A stretch of DNA of 64,000 nucleotides from positions 4,312,314 to 4,376,313 of the forward strand of contig NC_057757.1 in NCBI RefSeq assembly GCF_004010195.1, read 5' to 3'. The DNA is from Chiloscyllium plagiosum (Eukaryota). Shown here piece after piece: positions 50,017-62,000 of the stretch. How positions within the stretch are numbered: position 1 is the stretch's first letter; each line of letters opens with the position of its first letter. A program made the translations under genes and the position numbers. The notes below the pieces were generated by a model. It saw only the letters and a list, made by a program, of their open reading frames with translations, did not search any database and was not told the origin of the DNA.

Positions 50017-53000
50017 CATCTATCTATCTATCTGTCTATCAGTTTAACAACTTAATGCAGTTGTTAAGTTACTGAGTGTAGAACATTAGTTTGGTCCGAG
50101 ATATTGTCAGATTTTATATCCACTTTGAGAAAGCAAAGTTGTTCAATTTTGTGCATCATCTGGTTAATGCTCACATCACGGGACAGGGCAGAGCTAAATT
50201 GCCCCACAGTGTCCGGGTATGTGCAGGTTAGGGTGGATTGGCCGTGCTGAATTGTCCCATCGTGTCCAGGGATGTGCAGGTTAGGATAGATTGGCCGTGC
50301 TAAATTGTCCCATCGTGTCCAGGGATGTGCAGGTTAGGGTGGATTGGCCGTGCTAAATTGTCCCATAGTGTCCAGGGATGTGCAGGTTAGGGTGGATTGG
50401 CTGTGGAAAATGTGAGGAGATGGTTCAGGGTGAGCTGAATTCAAATTCCACCATCTGGCAGTGGCAGGTTTCGAACCCGGGTCCCTAGACTCTCTGGATT
50501 AACATAATAGCACTAAGCCATTCCTGACTGAATTTTCGTAAACCTGGACACCGCTTTTAAACCATTAATGCTTACCACAGTATATAACTGAACCTCAAGG
50601 GGGTCTACATCCCACTCACCCAACCACACATCGACGACCAAACCTTCCACCCAATGTTATATCCAGCAGCCGAAAAATCCTTGGGAACCCATGGGCTTTG
50701 ACATAGTTGGCCAGATNNNNNNNNNNNNNNNNNNNNNNNNNNNNNNNNNNNNNNNNNNNNNNNNNNNNNNNNNNNNNNNNNNNNNNNNNNNNNNNNNNNN
50801 NNNNNNNNNNNNNNNNNNNNNNNNNNNNNNNNNNNNNNNNNNNNNNNNNNNNNNNNNNNNNNNNNNNNNNNNNNNNNNNNNNNNNNNNNNNNNNNNNNNN
50901 NNNNNNNNNNNNNNNNNNNNNNNNNNNNNNNNNNNNNNNNNNNNNNNNNNNNNNNNNNNNNNNNNNNNNNNNNNNNNNNNNNNNNNNNNNNNNNNNNNNN
51001 NNNNNNNNNNNNNNNNNNNNNNNNNNNNNNNNNNNNNNNNNNNNNNNNNNNNNNNNNNNNNNNNNNNNNNNNNNNNNNNNNNNNNNNNNNNNNNNNNNNN
51101 NNNNNNNNNNNNNNNNNNNNNNNNNNNNNNNNNNNNNNNNNNNNNNNNNNNNNNNNNNNNNNNNNNNNNNNNNNNNNNNNNNNNNNNNNNNNNNNNNNNN
51201 NNNNNNNNNNNNNNNNAGGTTAAATGGATGAGCATAGCCAGCCATCAGAGCGATTTTTGCTATTTTGACAATTTCCCTGCTCACTGACCGCAGGATTGTT
51301 TGGGAGTGAGAAGCTGTTTCCCCTGGGACTTTTAAAATTCTGTTTGGGTTTGCACAGGCACCATCTTCAAATATACTGATGATGTCCTCCATTTCTTAGT
51401 GAAGCTACAGCTGGTGGTTTGAGTGACCGGGCAGCTCAGTGTTTATCACTGCTGCCCTGTGGTGCCAGGGATATGGGTTTGATTCCAACACCAGGTGAGT
51501 GTCTGTCTGTGTGGAGCATGCATGTTCTTTCTGTGTGGGTTTCCTCCTGCAGTCCAAAAGTATGCAGATTGGGTGGATTTGTAGATTCATAGAACCCCGA
51601 CAAAATGCTAGATCGTCCCAACAGTATCCAGGAACAGGCAGGCTAATAGGGTTCACTATAGGAGATGCAGGGATGGAGTGGGGTGCTCGTTCGAGGGTCA
51701 ATGTGGTTGAATGGCCTGCTTCATTGTTAGATTCCTGCTATCTGAGGTTTATCTTTGTAATGGTAGACATTGTGTTTTCTGTATTATCTATATCTTGTAA
51801 TTACAGAAGATGTGCCTTGGTACGTTTGTATCTAAGTTGGCGCTGTCATTGGTGAAGTATAAACGTTTGACTGTACTCGTTGCGTAGATGTGACAATAAA
51901 GGCTACTCTATTCTACATCCTCTGGTAACATGATGTGGAGGTGCCAGCGTTGGATTGGGGTAGGTAAGGTCAGAAGTCACACAACAATAGGTTATAACCC
52001 AACAGGTTTATTTGAAATCACAAGCTTTCAGAATGCTGTCTGGTGAAGTGAGCTCTTCTGATGAAGGAGCAGAATTCCCATGAGTTGTGATTTCAAGTAA
52101 ACCTATTGGACTATAACCTGGTGTTGTGTGATTTCTGACACTGTTAACACACATACTTATTGCTTGACAAGTAACTTCATAGACAAGGTCTTTACTTCAA
52201 TAATTTTGAAGAGCTAATGGGAGGAAATTAGAGAAAACTTTACCATAATCGCCATAACCTCCGTAACCTGAGGAGACAAGAGAGATTTGAGTTAATGTTG
52301 TCATGGAGATTGCAGCCTCACAGCGCCAGAGACCCGAGTTCAATTCCCGCCTCAGGCGACTGACTGTGTGGAGTTTGCACATTCTCCCTGTGACTGCGTG
52401 GGTTTCCTCCGGGTGCTCCGGTTTCCTCCCACAATCCAAAAATGTGCAGGTTAGGTGAATTGGCCACGCTAAATTGCCCGTAGTGTTAGGTAAGGGGTAA
52501 ATGTAGGAGAATGGGTCTGGGTGGGTTACGCTTCGGCAGGTCGGTGTGGACTTGTTGGGCCGAAGGGCCTGTTTCCACACTGTAGGTAATCTAATTCAAA
52601 TCTAATTGGTTTTGGAATCTACATGTTCAGCCACACAATCAGTTTGACAATGGGTCATGTCCAAAGATTTCAAGTTGACGTTGCTCATTCAAAATTCAAA
52701 TGGACTCCACCTTTCAAAATTAGTTTCTTTCAGTTTATTGATCCTTCCCCTTCGCTCAGATAAATATCACACTTTTGAGGGAAATGGTATTCTGGATTGT
52801 ACTATCTCCCTCAAATCATGGGGGAGGTACACGGAAGGGTGATTGGAGAGACAGGTGTGATTTTCCCTCCCCTCCACCTATCCCTAGAGGCAGGAATGGT
52901 GGGAGATCAATTCTTCCTGCGGTCGGTACCTAATTTACTCAATTTAATGGCCAATTTGCAGTCGTTTCCCGCTCCCCCTTCAACCCAAAACCTCCACTGC

Positions 53001-56000
53001 CAGCATTTCATCAGCATCAGGATGATCCCCAAAATCTTTATACCCAATGTCGATGGGGTGGCATGGTGGCTCAGTGGTTAGTGCTGCTGCCTCACAGTGC
53101 CAGGGTCTGAGGTTTGACTCCTGTCTCAGGTGACTGTCTGTGTGGAGTTTGTGCATTTTTCCTGTGTCTGTGTGGTTTCCCTCCCACAGTCCAAAGATGT
53201 GCATGTTAGTGTGGATTGGCCGTGTTAAATTGTTCCATATAATCCAGGGACATGCAGGCTAATAGGGTTAACCATGGGAGTTACAGGGTTGGAGGGGGAT
53301 GATCTTTGGAGGGATATGTTGACTGAATGGCCTGTTTCCATATTTTATTGATTCTATGATCTCCCAGACAGAATCTGTCATTGCTATTTTCCTGCCACTG
53401 GAATTTTATCTTTGTAATGGTGGACATTGTGTTTTCTGTATTATCGAAATCTTGTAACTACAGACGTTGTGCCTGGGTACTTTTGCATCTAAGCTGGCAC
53501 TGTCATTGGTGAAGTATAAACATTTGACTGTACTCGTTGCGTAGATTGACAATAAAAGCTACTCTACTCTATTCTACATCCTCTGATAACATGACGTGGA
53601 GGTGCCAGCGTTGGATCGGGGTAGGTAAGGTCAGAAGTCACATGACACCAGATTATATCCCAACAAGTTTATTTTGAAATCACAAGCTTTCAGAGTGTTG
53701 TCAGACGAAGTGAGTTCTCCTGATGAAGGAGCAGCGCTCCAATGAGTTGTGATTTCAAATAAACGTGTTGGAAAATTACCTGCTATCGTATACCCTCTGA
53801 TTCTGATAACAGGCATAATTATTCCTTGACCAGTAACGTCATAGACAAGGGCTTTACTTCACTAATTTTGAAGAGCTAATGGTAAGAAATCAAAGAGAAA
53901 ACTTTACCATAACCACCATAACCTTTGTAACCTGAGGAGACAAGGGAGATTTGAGTTAATGTTGTCATGGAGATTGGTTTTGGAATCTACATGTTCAGCC
54001 ACACAATCAGTTTGACAACGGTTCATGTCCAAAGATTTCAACTTGACGTTGCACATTCAAAATTCAAATGGACTCCACCTTTCGAAATTAGTTTCTTTCA
54101 GTTTATCAATCTTTCCCCTTCATTCAGATAAGTATCACATTCTTGAAGGAAATGATTTTGTGGATTGTACTATCTCCTTCAAATCATGGGGTGAGTCACG
54201 GGAGGGTAACAGCAGAGACAGGTGTGATTTTCCTTCCCCTCCACCTATTCTCAAAAGCAGGAATGGTAAAAGCTCAATTCTTTCTGTGGTCAGTAGCTAA
54301 TTCACACAATTTAACAGGAGAAAGTGAGGTCTGCAGATGCTGGAGATCAGAGCTGAAAATGCGTTGCTGGAAAAGCGCAGCAGGTCAGGCAGCATCCAGG
54401 GAACAGGAGAATCGACGTTTCGGGCATAAGCCCTTCCTGTTGCTGCGCTTTTCCAGCAACACATTTTCAGCACACAATTTAATAGCCAATTTGCAGTGGC
54501 TTCCACCCCATAGCCCACCTCTACTGCCAGCATTTCATCAGCATCAGAATGATCCCCAAATTCGTTACACCCGATGTCAATGGGGTGGCATGGTGGCTCA
54601 GTGGTTAGTGCTGCTGCCTCACAGTGCTAGGAACCCAGGTTTGATTCCAGCCTTCGGTGACTGGCTACGTGGAGTTTGTGCATTTTCGTCGTGTCTGTGT
54701 GGGTTTCCTTATACAGTCCAAAGATGTGTAGGTTTGTGTGCTTTGGCCATGTCAAATTATCCCGTATTATCCAGGGACATGCAGGCTAATAGGATTAGCC
54801 ATGGGAGTTGCAGGGTTGGAGGGGGATTGTCTTTGGAAGGAGATGTGGGCTAAATGGTGTGCTTCCACAGTATGATTTTTCTATGATTTCCCAGACAGAA
54901 TCTATCATTGCTATATTCCTGCTATTGGAGTTTTGTCTTTGTAATGGTGGGCATTGTTATTGGAGTTTTGTCTTTGTAATGGTGGGCATTGTGTTTTCTG
55001 TATTATCTAAATCTTGTCACTATAGAAGCTGTGCCTGGGTACGTTTGTATCTAAGCTGGCGCTGTCATTGGTGAAGTATAAATGATTCACTGTACACATT
55101 GAGTAGATGTGTCAATAAAGGCTACTCTATTCTCCATCCTCTGGTAACATGATGTGGAGGTGCCAGTGTTGGATTGGGGTAGGTAAGGTCAAACGTCACA
55201 CGACACCAGGTTATAACCCAACAAGGTTATTTGAAATCACAAGCTTTCAGAGCATTGTCTGGTGAAGTGAGTTCTCCTGATAAAGGATCAGCGCTTCAAT
55301 GGGTTGTGATTTCAAATAAACCTGATGGACTATTACCTGGTGTCGTGTAACCTCTTACTCACATACTTATTCCTTGACCAGTAGCTTCATAGACAAGGGC
55401 TTTATTTCATTAATTTTGAAGAGCTAATGGGAGGAAATTAAACAGAAAACTTTACCATAACCGCGTCCGTGACCTGAGGAGACAAGAGAGATTTGAGTTA
55501 ATGTTGTCATGGAGATTGGAATCTACATGTTCAGCCACACAATCAGTTTGACAATGGTTCATGTCCAAAGATTTCAACTTGACGTTGCTCATTCAAAATT
55601 CAAAATGGACTCCACCTTTCGAAATTAGTTTCTTTCAATTTATTGATCCTTCCCCTTCGCTCAGATAAATATCGAACTCTTGAGGGAAGTGATATTCTGG
55701 ATTGTTGTATCTCCCTCAAATCATGGGGGAGTCACGGAAGGGTGATGGGAGAGACAGCTATCCCCAAAAGCAGGAATGGTAAAAGCTCAATTCTTCCTGT
55801 GGTCGGTAGCTAATTCACTCAATTTAATCGCCAATTTGCAGTTGTTTCCCGCTCCACCTTCACCCCCAAACCTCTACGGCCAGCATTTCCCTAACCCCCC
55901 AAACTCTACTGCCAGCATTTCATCAGCATCAGGATGATNNNNNNNNNNNNNNNNNNNNNNNNNNNNNNNNNNNNNNNNNNNNNNNNNNNNNNNNNNNNNN

Positions 56001-59000
56001 NNNNNNNNNNNNNNNNNNNNNNNNNNNNNNNNNNNNNNNNNNNNNNNNNNNNNNNNNNNNNNNNNNNNNNNNNNNNNNNNNNNNNNNNNNNNNNNNNNNN
56101 NNNNNNNNNNNNNNNNNNNNNNNNNNNNNNNNNNNNNNNNNNNNNNNNNNNNNNNNNNNNNNNNNNNNNNNNNNNNNNNNNNNNNNNNNNNNNNNNNNNN
56201 NNNNNNNNNNNNNNNNNNNNNNNNNNNNNNNNNNNNNNNNNNNNNNNNNNNNNNNNNNNNNNNNNNNNNNNNNNNNNNNNNNNNNNNNNNNNNNNNNNNN
56301 NNNNNNNNNNNNNNNNNNNNNNNNNNNNNNNNNNNNNNNNNNNNNNNNNNNNNNNNNNNNNNNNNNNNNNNNNNNNNNNNNNNNNNNNNNNNNNNNNNNN
56401 NNNNNNNNNNNNNNNNNNNNNNNNNNNNNNNNNNNNNNNNNNNNNNNNNNNNNNNNNNNNNNNNNNNNNNNNNNNNNNNNNNNNNNNNNNNNNNNNNNNN
56501 NNNNNNNNNNNNNNNNNNNNNNNNNNNNNNNNNNNNNNNNNNNNNNNNNNNNNNNNNNNNNNNNNNNNNNNNNNNNNNNNNNNNNNNNNNNNNNNNNNNN
56601 NNNNNNNNNNNNNNNNNNNNNNNNNNNNNNNNNNNNNNNNNNNNNNNNNNNNNNNNNNNNNNNNNNNNNNNNNNNNNNNNNNNNNNNNNNNNNNNNNNNN
56701 NNNNNNNNNNNNNNNNNNNNNNNNNNNNNNNNNNNNNNNNNNNNNNNNNNNNNNNNNNNNNNNNNNNNNNNNNNNNNNNNNNNNNNNNNNNNNNNNNNNN
56801 NNNNNNNNNNNNNNNNNNNNNNNNNNNNNNNNNNNNNNNNNNNNNNNNNNNNNNNNCAAATCATGGGGGAGTCACGGAAGGGTGATGGGAGAGACAGCTA
56901 TCCCCAAAAGCAGGAATGGTAAAAGCTCAATTCTTCCTGTGGTCGGTAGCTAATTCACTCAATTTAATTGCCAATTTGCAGTTGTTTCCCGCTCCACCTT
57001 CACCCCCAAACCTCTACGGCCAGCATTTCCCTAAACCCCCAAACTCTACTGCCAGCATTTCATCAGCATCAGGATGAGTCCTAAAATCTTTTTACCCAAT
57101 GTTGATGCAGTGGCATGATGGCTCCATGGTTAGTGCTGCTGCCTCATAGTGCCTGGAACCCAGGTTTGATTCCAACCTCAGGTGAATGTCTGTGTGACAC
57201 TTGTGCATTTTCCCTGTGTCTGCGTGTGTTTCCTCCCACCGTCCAAAGATGGACAGCCTAGTGTACCTTGACCATTTTAAATTGTCCCATAGTACCCAAG
57301 GATATGCAGGCTAATAGCGTTAACCATGGGAGTTGCAGGGATGGATTGGGATGCTCTTTTAGGGTCAATGTGGGCTGAATGGCCTGCTTCTACACTGTGA
57401 ATATTCCATGAATTCCCAGACAGAATGTGTCATTGCTATATTCCTGCTATTGGAGTTTTGTCTTTGTAATGGTGGACATTGTGTTTTCTGTATTATCTAA
57501 ATCTTGTAACTACAGAAGCTGCGCCTGGGTACGTTTTGTATCTAATTTGGCGCTGTCATTGGTGAAGTGTAAATGATTCACTGTACTCGTTGAGTAGATG
57601 TGTCAATAAAGGCTACTCTACTCTATTCTCCATCCTCTGGTAACATGATGTGGAGGTGCCAGCGTTGGATTGGGGTAGGTAATGTCAAACGTCACACGAC
57701 ACCAGGTTATAACCCAACAGGTTTATTTGAAATCACAAGCTTTCAGAGCGTTATCTGGTGAAGTGAGTTCTGCTGATAAAGGATCAGCGCTCCAATGGGT
57801 TGTGATTTCAAATAAACCTGATGGACTATTACCTGGTGTCGTGTAACCTCTTACTCACATACTTATTCCTTGACCAGTAACTTCATAGACAAGGGCTTTA
57901 TTTCATTAATTTTGAAGAGCTAATGGGATGAAATTAAAGAGAAAATTTTACCATAACCGCCGCGGCCTTTTTTACCTGAGGAGACAAGAGAGATTTGAAT
58001 TAATGTTGTCATGGAGATTGGTTTTGGAATCTACATGTTCAGCCACACAATCAGTTTGACAATGGTTCATGTCCAAAGATTTCAACTTGACGTTGCTCAT
58101 TCAAAATTCAAAATGGACTCCACCTTTAGAAATTAGTTTCTTTCAATTTATTGATCCTTCCCCTTCGCTCAGATAAATATCGAACTCTTGAGGGAAGTGA
58201 TATTCTGGATTGTAGTATCTCCCTCAAATCATGGGGGAGTCACGGAAGGGTGATGGGAGAGACAGCTATCCCCAAAAGCAGGAATGGTAAAAGCTCAATT
58301 CTTCCTGTGGTTAGGAGCTAGTTCACTCAATTTAATGGCCAATTTGCAGTCGTTTCCCACTCCACCTTCACCCCCATACCACGGCAGCCAGCATTTCCCT
58401 AAACCCCCAAACTCTACTGCCAGAATTTCATCAGCACCAGGATGATCCCCAAAATCTTTATACCCAATGTTGATGCAGTGGCATGATGGCTCCGTGGTTA
58501 GTGCTGCTGCCTCATAGTGCCTGGAACCCAGGTTTGATTCCAACCTCAGGTAAATGTCTGTGTGACGCTTGTGTCTGCGTGTGTTTCCTCCCACCGTCCA
58601 AAGATGGACAGCCTAGTGTACCGTGACCATTTTAAATTGTCCCATCGTACCCAAGGATATGCAGGCTAATAGCATTAACCATGGGAGTTGCAGGGATGGA
58701 TTGGGATGCTCTTTTAGGGTCAATGTGGGCTGAATGGCCTGCTTCTACACTGTGAATATTCCATGAATTCCCAGACAGAATCTGTCATTGCTATATTCCT
58801 GCTATTGGAGTTTTGTCTTTGTAATGGTGGGCATTGTGTTTTCTGTATTATCTAAATCTTGTGACTACCAAAGCTGTGCCTGGGTACGTTTGTTGGCGCT
58901 GTCATTGGTGAAGTATAAACGTTTCACTGTACCCGTTGAGTAGATGTGACAATAAAGGCTATTCTCCATCCTCTGGTAACATGATGTGGAGCTGTCAGCG

Positions 59001-62000
59001 TTAGATTGGGGTAGGTAAGGTCAGAAATCACATGACACCTGGTTATAACCCAACAGGTTTATTTGAAATCACAAGCTTTCAGAGTGCTGTCTGGTGAAGT
59101 GAGTTCTCCTGATGCTTAGGTTGTGATTTCAAATAAACCTGTCGGAATGTAGGCTGGTGTTGTGTGATTTCTGAGTCTGATAACACACATACTTATTCCT
59201 TGACCAGTAGCTTCATAGACAAGGGCTTTATTTCATTAATTTTGAAGAACTAATGGGATGAAATTAAACAGAAAACTTTACCAAAACCGCCTCCGTGACC
59301 TGAGGAGACAAGAGAGATTTGAGTTAATGTTGTCATGGAGATTGGTTTTGGAATCTACATGTTCAGCCACACAATCAGTTTGACAATGGTTCATGTCCAA
59401 AGATTTCAACTTGACGTTGCTCATTCAAAATTCAAATGGATTCCACCTTTCGAAATTAGTTTCTTTCAATTTATTGATCCTTCCCCTTCGCTCAGATAAA
59501 TATCGAACTCTTGAGGGAAGTGATATTCTGGATTGTAGTATCTCCCTCAAATCATGGGGGAGTCACGGAAGGGTGATGGGAGAGACAGCTATCCCCAAAA
59601 GCAGGAATGGTAAAAGCTCAATTCTTCCTGTGGTCAGGAGCTAATTCACTCAATTTAATTGTCAATTTGCAGTCGTTTCCCACTCCACCTTCACCCCCAA
59701 ACCTCTACTGCCAGCATTTCCCTAAACCTCCAAACTCTACTACCAGCATTTCATCAGCATCAGGATGATCCCCAAAATCTTTTTACTCAATGTTGATGCA
59801 GTGGCATGGTGGCTCCATGGTTAGTGCTGCTGCCTCATAGTGCCTGGAACCCATGTGTGATTCCAGCCTCAGGTGAATGTCTGTGTGACGCTTATGCATT
59901 TTCCCTGTGTCTGCGTGTGTTTCCTCCCACTGTCTAAAGATGGGCAGCCTAGTGTACCTTGACCATTTTAAATTGTCCCATAGTACCCAAGGATATGCAG
60001 GCTAATAGTGTTAACCATGGGAGTTGCAGGGATGGATTGGGTTGCTCTTTTAGGGTCAATGTGGGCTGAATGGCCTGCTTCCACACTGTGAATATTCCAT
60101 GAATTCCCAGACAGAATCTGTCTTTGCTATATTCCTGCTATTGGAGTTTTGTCTTTGTAATGGTGGACATTGTGTTTTCTGTATTATCATTTCCGACGCC
60201 CCTTCCCCCAAGTCCCTCCTCCCTATCTTTTATCTTAGCCTGCTGGACCAACTTTCCTCCTTCCTGAAGAAGGGCTAATGCCCGAAACGTCGATTCTCCT
60301 GTTCCCTAGATGCTGCCTGACCTGCTGCGCTTTTCCAGCAACACATTTCCATATCTAAATCTTGTGACTACAGAAGCTGTGCCTGGGCATGTTTGTATCT
60401 AAGTTGACGCTGTCATTGGTGAAGTATAAACGTTTCACTGTACTCGTTGAGTAGATGTGACAATAAAGGCTATTCTCCATCCTCTGGTAACATGTTGTGT
60501 AGCTGTCAGCGTTGGATTGGGGTAGATAAGGTCAGAAAGCACACGACACCAGGTTATAACCCAACAGGTTTACTTGAAATCACAAGCTTTCAGAGTGCTG
60601 TCTGGTGAAGTGAGTTCTCCTGATGCTTAGGTTGTGATTTCAAATAAACCTGTCGGAATGTAAGCTGGTGTTGTGTGATTTCTGACTCTGATAACACACA
60701 TACTTATTCCTTGACCAGTAGCTTCATAGACAAGGGCTTTATTTCATTAATTTTGAAGAACTAATGGGAGGAAATTAAACAGAAAACTTTACCATAACCG
60801 CCATAATCTCCGGGACCTGAGGAGCCAAGAGAGATTTGAGTTAATGTTGTCATGGAGATTGGTTTTGGAATCTACATGTTCAGCCACACAATCAGTTTGA
60901 CAATGGTTCATGTCCAAAGATTTCAACTTGACGTTGCTCATTCAAAATTCAAATGGACTCCACCTTTTGAAATTAGTTTCTTTCAATTTATTGATCCTTC
61001 CCCTTCGCTCAGATAAATATCAAACTCTTGAGGGAAGTGATATTCTGGATTGTGGTATCTCCCTCAAATCATGGGGGAGTCACGGAAGGGTGATGGGAGA
61101 GACAGCTATCCCCAAAAGCAGGAATGGTAAAAGCTCAATTCTTCCTGCGGTCGGTAGCTAATTCACTCAATTTAATTGCCAGTTTGCAGTCGTTTCCCAC
61201 TCCACCTTCTCCCCCAAACCTCTACTGCCAGCATTTCCCTAAACCCCCAAAGTATACTGCCAGCATTTCATCAGCATCAGGATGATCCCCAAAATCTTTA
61301 TACCCAATGTTGATGCAGTGGCATGGTGGCTCAGTGGTTAGTGCTGCTGCCTCATAGTGCCTGGGACCCAGGTTTGATTCCAGCCTCAGGTAGATGTCTG
61401 TGTGACACTTGTGCATTTTCTCTGTGTCTGCGTGTGTTTCCTCCCACACTCTAAAGATGGGCAGCCTAGTGTAGCTTGACCATTTTAAATTGTCCCATAG
61501 TACCCAAGGATATGCAGGCTAATAGTGTTAACCATGGGAGTTGCAGGGATGGATTGGGTTGCTCTTTTAGGGTCAATGTGGGCTGAATGGCCTGCTTCTA
61601 CACTGTGAATATTCCATAAATTTTCAGACAGAATCTGTCATTGCTATATTCCTGCTATTGAAGTTTTGTCTTTGTAATGGTGGGCATTGTGTTTTCTGTA
61701 TTATCTAAATCTTGTGACTACAGAAGCTGTGCCTGGGTACGTTTGTATCTAATTTGGCGCTGTCATTGGTGAAGTATAAACGTTTCACTGTACTCGTTGA
61801 GTAGATGTGACAATAAAGGCTATTCTCCATCCTCTGGTAACATGATGTGGAGCTGTCAGCATTGGATTGGGGTAGATAAGGTCAGAAATCACACGACACC
61901 AGGGTTATAACCCAACAGGTTTATTTGAACTCACAAGCTTTCAGAGTGCTGTCTGGTGAAGTGAGTTCTCCTGATGCTTAGGTTGTGATTTCAAATAAAC

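Larger units (their letters stand above)
35717..50190. repeat. Tandem array 2: ~7 units of ~2.0-2.3 kb, each with (TATC)n, a 65-bp minisatellite, one microexon and a CR1 3' fragment
   Basis: Near-identical blocks recur; the ORF track repeats MEQSWITV and MSQPAATF at ~2-kb spacing. Confidence 0.95.

Noticed and set aside
53058..53130. tRNA genes at ggtggctcagtggttag heads
   Set aside because: tRNA-derived SINE heads continuing into the SINE body.
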